Position numbers and translations under genes: made by a program
The notes under the pieces: generated by a model
Databases searched by the model: none
Seen by the model: the letters and a program-made list of their open reading frames with translations, nothing else
Told to the model about the DNA's origin: nothing
NCBI GenBank assembly: GCA_963677925.2
Contig: CAXXYH010000003.1
Span: 448,001-512,000 of the forward strand
Direction of reading: 5' to 3'
Origin: Spirochaetia bacterium
GTDB lineage: Bacteria; Spirochaetota; Spirochaetia; UBA9216
Length of the DNA stretch: 64,000 nt
Shown here: positions 28,819 through 38,883 of the stretch, in pieces
Position numbering within the stretch: the stretch's first letter is position 1
Layout of the letters: every line of letters starts with the position of its first letter

Positions 28819-30666
28819 ATGATGAGCTCATATTCAGGCCTAAGGACTGTTCCAGCAAGAAAATATGAATTAATCGACGTGAAAGACCCGCAGCTTTATC
28901 GTGAACAGTTCCCCTATACTGAAGTGCCTAAAATTCTTTTCGATGGCACAACAGTTCCCCTGGATTTTCCGGAAGATATATGGATAACCGACACAACCTT
29001 CCGCGACGGGCAGCAGGCCCGTTCTCCCTATACACCGGTACAGATAAAAGAAATCTTTTCCATGCTGCACAAGCTGGCTGGAGATTCCGGAATAATCAGG
29101 CAGAGCGAGTTCTTCCTTTATAGCCATCGTGACCGTGAGGCTGTGGAAGCCTGTCTTTCACTTGGTTATAAATTTCCTGAAATTACCGGATGGATAAGAG
29201 CTAACGCTGAAGATTTCAAACTTGTAAAATCAATCGGCCTTAAGGAAACCGGAATTCTAACATCGGTATCCGATTATCATATATTCCTGAAGCTTAAAAA
29301 AAACCGGGCCCGTACAATGGATGAATATCTCGGCATAGTCAAGGCGGCTCTTTCAGAGGGAATAATTCCCCGGTGTCATTTTGAGGATGTTACTCGCTCG
29401 GATATATACGGGTTCTGCATACCATTTGCTCAGGAACTTAAAAGGCTGTCTGATGAAAGCGGTACACCTGTAAAGATAAGATTATGCGATACTATGGGAT
29501 ACGGTCTTTCATACCAGGGAACAGTACTGCCGCGAAGTATACCAAAGCTGCTGTATGCGTTTCGCAGGGACGCAGATTATCCGTCAGAATGGCTGGAATG
29601 GCATGGGCACAACGATTTTCACAAGGTGCATACAAACGCTGCAACAGCCTGGCTATACGGAGCATCATCATTAAATGCATCTCTGCTCGGTTACGGCGAA
29701 AGAACAGGAAATCCGCCTCTTGAAGCCGCGGTTATTGAATATATTGGATTGAAAGGCAGCAGCAGCGAACTTGATACGAGGGTAATAACTGAAATTGCCG
29801 AGTACTATCGAAATACAATCAAGGCTGTAATTCCCACTAATTACCCCTTCATTGGAGAAGAATTCAATACAACAAGAGCCGGTGTACATGCAGATGGAAT
29901 TTTAAAGAATGAAGAAATTTATAACATTTTTGATACTGGCAGACTACTTAACCGTCCGCTTAAACTGATGATAACAGATAAAGCCGGAGCTGCCGGGATT
30001 GCCGCCTGGCTTACCGATTATGTAAAATTTGAGAATACACTCGAAACGGTAGAAGTAAGCAAACGACATCCCGGCGTAAAAAGGATTTACGAATGGGTTA
30101 TGGAACAGTATGCTCAGGGCCGTACAACAAGTATATCAACCGATGAAATGATAGCTCAGGCAAAACACCATATTCCGTCCCTTTTTGAATCAGACTTTCA
30201 GAAAGTTAAGAAGGCTGCAGTTCTCAAGGCTACAAGAATCGCAGAAAAGATTTCAGGTTCCCCTGAAGTGCTCTCTATGAATGCAGATACAATGGAAAAA
30301 TATCTTAACAACATTGCAAAGGAAGAAGGGTCAATACAGCTTCTTTCCATTATCAATACAGACGGCCAAAGACTGTCTCAGGTATATACACAGCGCGGAG
30401 ATAAAGGCAGCTTCCGTAATCTGATGAATAAAAACTTTACTGAGAAAGACTGGTTTCAGAGTGTTCTTGATAAGAAAGAACGTTTCGTGTCGGATTTGTT
30501 TTTTTCAAAATACACAGGCCGTATGATTATTACGATAGCCGAGCCGATACTTAATCCGGAAGGAAACGTGGCGGCAGTTGTTGATGTTGATTTTATATTT
30601 GATGAACTTGTCAAACTGCTAAGCAATATTCCTGATGAAATACTGGAAAGAAGAAAATCATTCTAG
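28819..30666 (+). CDS. Re-citrate synthase (DRE-TIM metallolyase) with C-terminal Cache/PDC-like domain
   Basis: ITDTTFRDGQQAR, SVSDYHIFLKL, PRCHFED, EWHGHNDF, GERTGN, TRAGVHADG as in Clostridium/Syntrophus Re-citrate synthases; tail WF..FVSDLFFSKYTGRMIITIAEPI..GNVAAVVDVD. Confidence 0.87.
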   Translation: MMSSYSGLRTVPARKYELIDVKDPQLYREQFPYTEVPKILFDGTTVPLDFPEDIWITDTTFRDGQQARSPYTPVQIKEIFSMLHKLAGDSGIIRQSEFFLYSHRDREAVEACLSLGYKFPEITGWIRANAEDFKLVKSIGLKETGILTSVSDYHIFLKLKKNRARTMDEYLGIVKAALSEGIIPRCHFEDVTRSDIYGFCIPFAQELKRLSDESGTPVKIRLCDTMGYGLSYQGTVLPRSIPKLLYAFRRDADYPSEWLEWHGHNDFHKVHTNAATAWLYGASSLNASLLGYGERTGNPPLEAAVIEYIGLKGSSSELDTRVITEIAEYYRNTIKAVIPTNYPFIGEEFNTTRAGVHADGILKNEEIYNIFDTGRLLNRPLKLMITDKAGAAGIAAWLTDYVKFENTLETVEVSKRHPGVKRIYEWVMEQYAQGRTTSISTDEMIAQAKHHIPSLFESDFQKVKKAAVLKATRIAEKISGSPEVLSMNADTMEKYLNNIAKEEGSIQLLSIINTDGQRLSQVYTQRGDKGSFRNLMNKNFTEKDWFQSVLDKKERFVSDLFFSKYTGRMIITIAEPILNPEGNVAAVVDVDFIFDELVKLLSNIPDEILERRKSF

Positions 30667-30677
30667 GACAATTGCCC

Positions 30678-30700
30678 GGGTTTCCTGTTTCTGGAAGCCC
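30678..30700. terminator. Hairpin between convergent citrate synthase and PRD regulator genes
   Basis: GGGTTTCC-tgtttct-GGAAGCCC. Confidence 0.45.
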
Positions 30701-32745
30701 TACTCCTGATAGATTTTAATTAATTCTTTCTTTATTTTATCTACACCGGCAGAAAGTACGGCGGTTCTGAACTCTATATTTTCCAAAAATGAGATGGTAA
30801 TAGCAGAGAGCATTTTTCGTTCACTGTCAGGACATGGATCAGGAGCGAACATAAAAATCATCCGTTTATCATTTTCTTTACTGAATCTGATTACTCCTGC
30901 AGCTGGTTCTGACACTGTCTTTGATTTACAGTGAATTATTCTTATGTTCCATTCATCAACGACAAGTTCACCAAGTTCTTCACGCTTTTTTATGTCTCTT
31001 GTCAGACCGCGGCAGTCAGTAACTGAATCCTTAAGAAATCTCGGCAGCTTTCTGATAATCTGTTCAAAATTCGAAGATTCTTCCATTTCAACAATTCTGA
31101 ATGAATTAATAAATCTTACGATCCTGCTGAATGAGGGAAATCCTGATTCAGCTTTAAACTCTTCAAATTTAACAGGAGCATCCATGTTACGGCTGCTTTT
31201 CATCACTTCCCCTGCAGCCTTTTCAATACTTGAGATTAGTGTCTCACGATTAATCGGCAGCGATACCGGTATAACCGGAATATCCAGACCGCTTATAGGA
31301 AATGTAGAAATTACAAGTTCAATACCATTTGCATCAAGATATTCCTGCCGTATCTTAAACACTGCAGTAGCTTCAACAATATTTATATGATCTATCTCTC
31401 TGGTTAGCAGCGACTTTAAATACGAGGCAAGACCGATTCCCTCAAAGCAGCAGATAAGACAGCGTACTTTCTTATCAGGCAGATCCGCTCTGGTGAATAT
31501 CATCGAATGAAAATAAAGAAGAATATAATCGATGACTTTTGAATCGGCTTCAAGACCAAAAAATTCTCTAAGCAGATTATCAAGGATCAATCCCTTCTTT
31601 TTTCTATCCCATTTTTCAGAGGAAGTCTCCCCCCACTCGCCATGCCAGAACGGAATACCGTTTTTCAATCTGAGTATAAGAGAAGCGGAGGCAATTTTTA
31701 AAACCGACTCAAGATTATCATTCAGATAATACTGCCTGCTGTCCAGTATCCCGTATTCAGATATCAGTTTTTGTGTAAATCCGGTTACTGCATCAGTAAT
31801 CATTCCGTTGAAATGTTTATCTGAATTCAGAACATTTATATCGCCGGGTTCAAGAACCTGCATTAAAAGACCAAGAAAATTATATTCCTGCTCCGGCAGA
31901 CTGCCGCTGAATATCCGTGAAGTAAGCTTTCCAAGCACAGTTTCCGATAGATTCCTGAAATATGGAGAACATTCTGAAAAATTAGAATCCGTTATTAGGG
32001 CCCCGGCTTTGATCCGATGAACCGTAAGATGAAGATAAAAATAAAGAAGACACTCACCTGACATTGTAAACTGATATCCAAGGCGTCCTGAAAGATCAGA
32101 TAATATTTCGAGTATAGCGGAATAGTTATTCTCAAAATTTATTTTATTCATCATGAACTTGAGCTGATTTATCTCAAGAAAAGTACTCCGGTCCTCCCGT
32201 ACATTATAAAGATAGGGAATAATTGTTTTGGATGAAAATGACTCTGTCATCAGACTTAAAAACTTCAAACGCACAGCCGATTCATTTCCGGACAGTTTTA
32301 TTCCGATCCCCTTCATCCGGTTTAACCTTAAACCTGAAGATTCAAGTTCAGATTCAATTTGATTCAGATCTCCCCAGACTGATGTATCGCTGATATAAAA
32401 AGTATTTGCAATTGCCGATATTTTAATTTCCCGGTTATTTACAAGCAGATAGAGAAGGATATTTGTTTTTCTCTGACTCGAGTCAAGCGACTCGATGTAA
32501 TTATCCGGCTCATTTATTATATCCAGAAGTTCATCAGCAGTTTTACCGAATGAAATTACCCTTGTTCCGTTATTCGGTTTTCGCTCAAGACTCCCGCCCC
32601 TGAAAGACAGCCATCGCTCAATAACATCCAGATCCCTTGAAACTGTTCGTTTTCCGACAGAAAAAGCTTCGGCCAGTTCTTCAATTCGGAGAAATCCCTC
32701 ATGAAGAAGCATAAACCTCAGCATTTTCTTCTGACGGTCTTTCAT
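30700..32745 (-). CDS. PRD-containing transcriptional regulator (MtlR/LicR type: HTH, Mga, PRD, EIIB, EIIA)
   Basis: LAEAFSVGKRTVSRDL, second HTH, LHLTVHRI, CCFEGIGLAS (EIIB), KREELG..IIHC (EIIA). Confidence 0.88.
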   Translation of the reverse strand: MKDRQKKMLRFMLLHEGFLRIEELAEAFSVGKRTVSRDLDVIERWLSFRGGSLERKPNNGTRVISFGKTADELLDIINEPDNYIESLDSSQRKTNILLYLLVNNREIKISAIANTFYISDTSVWGDLNQIESELESSGLRLNRMKGIGIKLSGNESAVRLKFLSLMTESFSSKTIIPYLYNVREDRSTFLEINQLKFMMNKINFENNYSAILEILSDLSGRLGYQFTMSGECLLYFYLHLTVHRIKAGALITDSNFSECSPYFRNLSETVLGKLTSRIFSGSLPEQEYNFLGLLMQVLEPGDINVLNSDKHFNGMITDAVTGFTQKLISEYGILDSRQYYLNDNLESVLKIASASLILRLKNGIPFWHGEWGETSSEKWDRKKKGLILDNLLREFFGLEADSKVIDYILLYFHSMIFTRADLPDKKVRCLICCFEGIGLASYLKSLLTREIDHINIVEATAVFKIRQEYLDANGIELVISTFPISGLDIPVIPVSLPINRETLISSIEKAAGEVMKSSRNMDAPVKFEEFKAESGFPSFSRIVRFINSFRIVEMEESSNFEQIIRKLPRFLKDSVTDCRGLTRDIKKREELGELVVDEWNIRIIHCKSKTVSEPAAGVIRFSKENDKRMIFMFAPDPCPDSERKMLSAITISFLENIEFRTAVLSAGVDKIKKELIKIYQE

Positions 32746-34457
32746 CAGAGCAGATCTCTTTCATTCAGAAAGCGGTTAAGTCTTGCACTTATTGCTTCAG
32801 AGGCAGGCAGCCTTAAAATTTCTGTAACCAGCTCTTTTGCCTCTGCCGAATCAATCTGTCTTACTATTCTTTTCAATTTCAGAATATTTGAAGCAGTTGT
32901 ACTCAGCTCATCAACGCCAAGACCTATAAAAAATGGAAGTGCGAGCGGATTTCCTGCAAGTTCACCGCAGACACCATTAAGCTTTCCCTTCTTTGAAGCC
33001 TTTTTGATCACATGGGCAATAGAGCGTAGAACAGCAGGATGAAACTCATCATAATATTCATTCATAGACGGATTACCTCTGTCCGCCGCGAGCGTGTATT
33101 GAGTCAGATCATTTGTACCGATACTGATAAAATCTACCTGTTCAAGAATTTCTTCTATCAGCTGCACAGCTGCCGGAGTTTCAATCATCACGCCGAGTTT
33201 AAGATTATCAGGACCATTCCAGGCAAGTGCCTGCTTCTCTTCTTCAACTATAGCCCTCACCCGCTGAATTGGTTTTAATGAACCTATCATCGGAATCATC
33301 ATCCCTACAGGTCCGGCTTCACTTGCTGTTAACAGTGCCTGGATTTGAGTTCTAAGTACATCTTCCTTCTGAAGCAGAAGCCTTATCCCCCTGACTCCCA
33401 GGAAGGGATTATCCTCATGCGGTAACGGCCAGTAAGACAGCGGCTTGTCAGCGCCTGTATCTAAAAGACGGATAATTACATTCCTGCCCTTCATTTCTTC
33501 GATGGCAGAACGGTAAACCTGTGTCTGACGTTCAAGCGTCGGAATGCTTTTTGTTTCCATAAAAAGGAATTCAGTTCGAAAAAGTCCTATTCCTTCAGCA
33601 TTATATTTTTTTGCATTATCGATATCAAAAAGGCCGCCGACATTAGCATATAATCCGACAGGCTTTTTGTCAGAAGTTTCTGAGGGAAGATTCAGAAGGG
33701 TCATCAGCTCGGCTTTTTCTTTCTGCTTACGCAGGAGATTTCTTTCAATGATTCGGATGGTATCTGCGTCCGGATTTATCCAGACCTCGCCGGTGTCACC
33801 GTCAAGATATACCTTATCTCCATGCCTGAATTCCGAAAAAAGATTTTCATCATTAAGAATAACTGCAGGAAGTTCAAGTGAACGTGCAATTATTGCAGCA
33901 TGTGAGTTCTTTCCTCCCTTTTGAACAATGAAACCTCTTACCTTCGACATATCAAGCGAGGCAGTCTGTGTTGGAGTCAGTTCAATGCTTACAACAACAG
34001 CATCTTCCGGCAGCTCAGCATCATCACCAAAACTTCCGCTTATTCCCTTTACCAGCTGTCTCCCGATGTCTCTGAAATCCTGACCGCGTTCCCTGAAATA
34101 TTCATCATCCAGTTCTTCCATTTCTCGGGCATTTACTTCAGCAAAGATCTCCGCTGCTTTTTCAGCACATATCAGCTTTTCGGTAATAATTTCGATAACA
34201 CCCTCTTCAACATCATCGGAAGTAAGTATTTCAAGATGACCTTCAAATATTTCCGCTTTATCGTCACCAAGCTCAACACGTACTTTGTTTATAAGCTGTT
34301 CAAGTTCCTGTGCTGCCCGGGTTCGCCCCTGCCGGAATCTTTCGATTTCTTTTTTTATCTCACCAGGCTTTATACTTCTGGCGGCAACTGATCCTGTTTC
34401 AGAAAACAGATGAACGGTTCCCCAGGAAATTCCTTCAGATACTGAAATACCTGTCAT
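32745..34457 (-). CDS. ptsI: PEP-protein phosphotransferase (PTS enzyme I)
   Basis: GGKNSHAAIIARS, GIGLFRTEFLF, EDNPFLGVRGIR, SIGTNDLTQY, GVCGE. Confidence 0.96.
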   Translation of the reverse strand: MTGISVSEGISWGTVHLFSETGSVAARSIKPGEIKKEIERFRQGRTRAAQELEQLINKVRVELGDDKAEIFEGHLEILTSDDVEEGVIEIITEKLICAEKAAEIFAEVNAREMEELDDEYFRERGQDFRDIGRQLVKGISGSFGDDAELPEDAVVVSIELTPTQTASLDMSKVRGFIVQKGGKNSHAAIIARSLELPAVILNDENLFSEFRHGDKVYLDGDTGEVWINPDADTIRIIERNLLRKQKEKAELMTLLNLPSETSDKKPVGLYANVGGLFDIDNAKKYNAEGIGLFRTEFLFMETKSIPTLERQTQVYRSAIEEMKGRNVIIRLLDTGADKPLSYWPLPHEDNPFLGVRGIRLLLQKEDVLRTQIQALLTASEAGPVGMMIPMIGSLKPIQRVRAIVEEEKQALAWNGPDNLKLGVMIETPAAVQLIEEILEQVDFISIGTNDLTQYTLAADRGNPSMNEYYDEFHPAVLRSIAHVIKKASKKGKLNGVCGELAGNPLALPFFIGLGVDELSTTASNILKLKRIVRQIDSAEAKELVTEILRLPASEAISARLNRFLNERDLL

Positions 34458-34459
34458 AA

Positions 34460-34720
34460 TCAATGCTCCAGATTTAGAATACACTCAGAAACAGCTTTCA
34501 ATGCAGCCTCTTCATCAGCTCCGTCACATTCAAGTTCAATCTCATCGTTGCTGCTTACTCCGAGTTTCATTATTTTAAGCAGGCTTTTAGCATCGGCTTC
34601 TTTATTACGGTATTTGATTTTTATACTGCTTTCAAACTTTTTCGCCTCGGCGACTACATTCTTAGCCGGCCTTGTGTGCAGGCCTGTAGGATTTCCCACC
34701 AATATATTTTCACTAATCAT
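34460..34720 (-). CDS. ptsH: Phosphocarrier HPr
   Basis: GLHTRPA (His15) and DAKSLL (Ser46). Confidence 0.96.
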   Translation of the reverse strand: MISENILVGNPTGLHTRPAKNVVAEAKKFESSIKIKYRNKEADAKSLLKIMKLGVSSNDEIELECDGADEEAALKAVSECILNLEH

Positions 34721-35627
34721 CTAATTCCTCTTTTATCCAGCCGGGATGAATACTCATAGCATTTCTGGATGCATATTCCCGTCCTCTGTCAACAGCAGCT
34801 TCAAGGGAAAGCCCCTCTGTTACAGCCTGTGCAATTCCTGCGGTCATAGAATCTCCGCATCCTATTGTATTTACAGCCTTAAGCTTATCGCTGGCTGTTT
34901 CAAACAATTTTCCATTTTCGGCAGTCAATGTGCCTTCAGGACCCCTTGTAACAATAAATGCCGTATGGTATTTCTCAGAAACCCCGACCATACTTTTTTC
35001 AAGGCCGCCGGAGTCTCCGAAAGTTTCAACAAATTCATGTTCATTAATTTTTATATAATCAGGTCTGATTGTCTCAGATATGAATGATTCAGAAAGATCC
35101 CTGCCCCGGTAATCCGCAAATAGAAGCAGATTACGCTCTTTTACCTTTTTAACCATAAACGGAATTATTTCATCAGAGAAACCTGCAAGACGGCTTCCTG
35201 ATATGATCACCGCATCCCTGCACCCGGGCAGCAGCTCAATAAATTTTTCCCTGAATGCGGTTTCCTCATCAGTACTTATCAGCTCAGGCTCTCCTGCAAC
35301 AAGCTCGGTACATCGATTTTTACTTTCTTCCACTATAGTCGAGCAGATACGAACCCTTCCGGCCGTTTCAACTGCAGTAAGCGGTATAGAATCTCTTGCA
35401 CAAAGTTTTTCAAACTCAGCCTTGTTCTCTCTGCCGGCTACAGTAAGACAGGCGGTATCCGCTCCTCCCTGAACCAGAACCTTACAAGTGTTAACGCATT
35501 TTCCGGCAGCATCTGTGTAATAGGTACGGCTACGGTTCACCTCACCGACAGTGAAGTCTTCAAACAGCAGCGTTTTCTGAATTGCCGGGCTCAGGCCGAC
35601 GCAAAGAATCCCGAATGAATCTTTCAT
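34713..35627 (-). CDS. 1-phosphofructokinase-like PfkB family kinase
   Basis: LSPAIQKT, AGKCVN, KINEHE, VTRGPEG, NTIGCGDSMTAG. Confidence 0.85.
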   Translation of the reverse strand: MKDSFGILCVGLSPAIQKTLLFEDFTVGEVNRSRTYYTDAAGKCVNTCKVLVQGGADTACLTVAGRENKAEFEKLCARDSIPLTAVETAGRVRICSTIVEESKNRCTELVAGEPELISTDEETAFREKFIELLPGCRDAVIISGSRLAGFSDEIIPFMVKKVKERNLLLFADYRGRDLSESFISETIRPDYIKINEHEFVETFGDSGGLEKSMVGVSEKYHTAFIVTRGPEGTLTAENGKLFETASDKLKAVNTIGCGDSMTAGIAQAVTEGLSLEAAVDRGREYASRNAMSIHPGWIKEELDD

Positions 35628-35629
35628 AA

Positions 35630-36889
35630 CTATATAGCAGCTCCGTTTTCAAGAAGATAATTCTCTGCCTCTACACTCCAAAGTCCATCGTTTCCGGAAA
35701 CTATTGCAGCAAGACCTCTATATAGTTCAGATTCACCTGCTTTTTCCGACAGTTCATCAAGAGCTGTTAAAGGCATTGAAATACCAGTATATATCAGTTT
35801 TTTACCGCCGGGGAGTTTTGGCAGATTTAAAGTTGCATCAATTACCGCATCAAGCCCACCTATATGAGTAACAAGCACCTGAGGATCAATCAAATCCTTT
35901 TCCATTAAACTCAGCGCCTCTCTCATATCATCAACCGTACCTCCGGTTGTACCTATTATATGCTTTTCCTGATAATGCACATCATAATAATTAAGTTTTG
36001 CTGAAAGTGAATGATCAGTAGGGCCCGCAAAGAAATTCATACAGCCGTTAAATCCAAGCAGACTTTCTGCAAATTCAAGAACTGCAGCAGACGGAACCAT
36101 AACCAGCATATCAGAGAAGCCTTCGTTCTCGGTAAGTCTCATTATAGTTGCATGCGGATCTTCAAGTTCACCGGTATTGATGAAAAGCAGGGATATTCCG
36201 TACTTTTCAGCCTTTTTACTGAACAGCTTTGAGGCTCTTTTCAGACGGTTGTTATCAAGATCAGTCACAATAAGCTGCTCCGGCTTAAACTCTCCTGTGA
36301 TAGCATAATCAATAGCTGCCAGCCCCATCGGTCCACAGCCTCCTATAATTGCCATACGGCCGCCTTCCTTGATTCCCATGTAGTGATTGTGATTATGTCT
36401 GTCAGTTCGGTACAGGGACCGGCAGGCGCCGATAACACATGAAAAAGGTTCTGCCAGTGCAGCCTTAAAATACCCTTTACCATCGTATGGAAGCAGGCAA
36501 TCCATTATCATCACTTCCGGTGGAAGTATCATATAAGTTGCATCTCCACCGCAGTATTTATATGAATACCCCGGTGAATCCATTGAACCTTTGTAATTCA
36601 AAGCCGGCTGAAGCGAAAACTTCTGTCCGACTTTGTATTTTGTCTGCCAGTCTTCACCGATCTCAAGGATCTCTCCTGAAAGTTCATGCCCTACTATGAC
36701 CGGGTTTTCCGCGGCATCATTTGGGACACGCTGATGGTCGGTGCCAAGTACAGCAGCTTTGTATGTACTCATACATAAGCTGTCCGCATTTACCCGTACA
36801 AGTATTTCGTCACTTTTAACGGCCGGAAGATCAAACTCTTCCAGCCTTAAATCCATTTTACCATAAAGGCGTACAGCCTTAGTTTTCAT
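35630..36889 (-). CDS. Zn-dependent sugar-phosphate oxidoreductase, L-sorbose-1-phosphate reductase (SorE)/YggP family
   Basis: MKTKAVRLYGKMDLRLEEF, DSLCMSTYKA, GHE, AEPFSC, GGCGPMG, NFFAGP, THIGGL, PGGKKLIY. Confidence 0.88.
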   Translation of the reverse strand: MKTKAVRLYGKMDLRLEEFDLPAVKSDEILVRVNADSLCMSTYKAAVLGTDHQRVPNDAAENPVIVGHELSGEILEIGEDWQTKYKVGQKFSLQPALNYKGSMDSPGYSYKYCGGDATYMILPPEVMIMDCLLPYDGKGYFKAALAEPFSCVIGACRSLYRTDRHNHNHYMGIKEGGRMAIIGGCGPMGLAAIDYAITGEFKPEQLIVTDLDNNRLKRASKLFSKKAEKYGISLLFINTGELEDPHATIMRLTENEGFSDMLVMVPSAAVLEFAESLLGFNGCMNFFAGPTDHSLSAKLNYYDVHYQEKHIIGTTGGTVDDMREALSLMEKDLIDPQVLVTHIGGLDAVIDATLNLPKLPGGKKLIYTGISMPLTALDELSEKAGESELYRGLAAIVSGNDGLWSVEAENYLLENGAAI

Positions 36890-37348
36890 TTAATTCTCCT
36901 GATTCTCAAGTATCGATATAATTGCAGAAACATCCTCAGCCTTTATAAGGGCGTCAACGGTTTCCTCTTCATCACACAAGTCAGCAATCTGTGAAATTGC
37001 TTCTTCATTGTGCTCCTTTACATTAGGTGCTGCCATAAAAATCAGAAGACTTACCGGGTCATTATCGGGATCATTAAAACTCACCGGCTGCTCCAGTGTG
37101 ACAATGCCATATCCCAGAGCCATGGCTCCTTCTTCCGGTCTTGCATGTGGCATAGCTATGCCCGGTGCAATTACGATGTACGGACCATTATCCCTGCATT
37201 TCTGTACGATGGTTTCAAGGTATTCAGCAGTCGCTGCACCGTTATCCACCAGGATTTGTCCTCCCTTAATTATGGCATCTTCCCAAGTTTCAGCCTTAAG
37301 TCTGCAGATTACAGCTTTTTTACTTACTATATAATCTGTGAATCCCAT
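36890..37348 (-). CDS. PTS EIIA component (mannitol/fructose family, CmtB/UlaC-like)
   Basis: GPYIVIAPGIAMPHARPE. Confidence 0.93.
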   Translation of the reverse strand: MGFTDYIVSKKAVICRLKAETWEDAIIKGGQILVDNGAATAEYLETIVQKCRDNGPYIVIAPGIAMPHARPEEGAMALGYGIVTLEQPVSFNDPDNDPVSLLIFMAAPNVKEHNEEAISQIADLCDEEETVDALIKAEDVSAIISILENQEN

Positions 37349-37362
37349 TTAATCTCTCCCGC

Positions 37363-38772
37363 TTAGCTTTTTACTGTTTCTTTACCGTGGCTGCTGAGAA
37401 CCACCTCAACCACATCCTTGTATTCAGGTGCGTTTACAAGATTTGTTACACTCACAATCTGAGCTTTTGTACCGGAAAGCCTTACTCTTTCAGCAAGATC
37501 CCGATGGCATATAACCAGGTCGGCATTGACAGGTATATCGTCAACCGAGCAGTGTTCCACCTTTATATCAAGACCTTCTGACTTAAGCATTTTTGTGAGC
37601 TTGTTTGCGCCCATTGCACTTGATCCCATACCTGCATCACAAGCAAAAAGTATTTCTGTAATTTTGCCCTTGCCCTTGCTCTCAGCCTTCATGTTAACCA
37701 TCTGGTCCTGAGCATCAGAAAGAGAATCATCTTCCATAGTCAGAGCGAATTTTTTTACAAAAGGCATGGCAATTATAAAAGAAACTGCAGTGGCAACAAT
37801 TACTCCGGCAAGAATCGGCAGATGTCCGCCTCTTGGAGCGACTGCCATAAGTGCAAAGATACTTCCGGGTGAAGGAGTAGCTACAGCACCTGAACCAAGA
37901 ACGAGGTTTGTGAGAACACCGGCTGCGCCGCCGCCCATGGCTGCAAGAATAAGAATCGGTCTCATCAGGATATACGGAAAGTAAATCTCATGAATGCCGC
38001 CGAAGAAATGAATAATTATAGCGCCAGGAGCTGAGGCCTTTATATTTCCCTTTGAGAATAACCAGTAGGCAAGAAGAATTCCAAGACCGGGACCCGGGTT
38101 GGTTTCAAGCAGAAAGAGTATTGACTTTCCTGTTTCCTGAACCTGCTGAATACCCAGAGGACCAAGAATTCCATGATTCATTGCGTTATTGAGAAAAAGG
38201 ACTTTTCCGGGTTCAATAAAGATAGAAACAAGAGGCAGAAGTTTTCTGCTGACCAGGAAGCCTACTCCGCCCTGAAGAACTGTGATTATCGCTGTAAGGA
38301 TAGGCTGCATGACGAAGAAACCGAAAAGAGCAAGAATCATTCCGATAATACCGGCGGAAAAGTTATCAACGAGCATTTCAAAACCTACAGGAATCTTTCC
38401 CTCAACAAGCTTATCAGATCTCTTAATAACCCAGCCGGCAAATGGGCCCATTATCATCGCACCGATGAACATCGGGACATCTGTACCTACAATTACACCC
38501 ATCGTTGCAATTGCACCCATAACACCGCCGCGGACACCCCATATCATTTTACCGCCTGTATACGCGATCAGCAGTGGAAGCAGATAGGTAATCATAGGAC
38601 CTACAAGAGCGGCAAGTCTTTCGTTAGGTACCCATCCTGTAGGAATAAAAAAGGCGGTAATCAACGCCCATGCAATAAACGCGCCGATATTCGGCATGAT
38701 CATTCCGCTTAGAAAGCGGCCCATTCTCTGTACACCTGCTTTTACAGATACAGATTTACTAACAGTACTCAT
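37363..38772 (-). CDS. mtlA: PTS mannitol-type EIICB component
   Basis: MIMPNIGAFIAW, LFLNNAMNHG, ETNPGPGLG, GGIHEIYFPY, FACDAGMGSSAMGA. Confidence 0.93.
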   Translation of the reverse strand: MSTVSKSVSVKAGVQRMGRFLSGMIMPNIGAFIAWALITAFFIPTGWVPNERLAALVGPMITYLLPLLIAYTGGKMIWGVRGGVMGAIATMGVIVGTDVPMFIGAMIMGPFAGWVIKRSDKLVEGKIPVGFEMLVDNFSAGIIGMILALFGFFVMQPILTAIITVLQGGVGFLVSRKLLPLVSIFIEPGKVLFLNNAMNHGILGPLGIQQVQETGKSILFLLETNPGPGLGILLAYWLFSKGNIKASAPGAIIIHFFGGIHEIYFPYILMRPILILAAMGGGAAGVLTNLVLGSGAVATPSPGSIFALMAVAPRGGHLPILAGVIVATAVSFIIAMPFVKKFALTMEDDSLSDAQDQMVNMKAESKGKGKITEILFACDAGMGSSAMGANKLTKMLKSEGLDIKVEHCSVDDIPVNADLVICHRDLAERVRLSGTKAQIVSVTNLVNAPEYKDVVEVVLSSHGKETVKS

Positions 38773-38883
38773 ATCTAAACACCTCTCAAAAATATTTAAG
38801 TAATTATTGAGCAGGTTTTTAAATCTTAAAAGAAATTGTAATTTTTAAATGGCATCAATTAGCATTAATTAATTTGGCAACAA

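Noticed and set aside
28819-30666. 2-isopropylmalate or homocitrate synthase call
   Set aside because: The motifs (FRDGQQAR, SDYHIFLKL, EWHGHNDF) match Re-citrate synthases, and there is no LeuA regulatory domain.
38849-38866. TGGCATCAATTAGCA as a second sigma54 promoter near mtlA
   Set aside because: The GG-GC spacing is 9 rather than 10, and it is on the wrong strand for the PTS operon.
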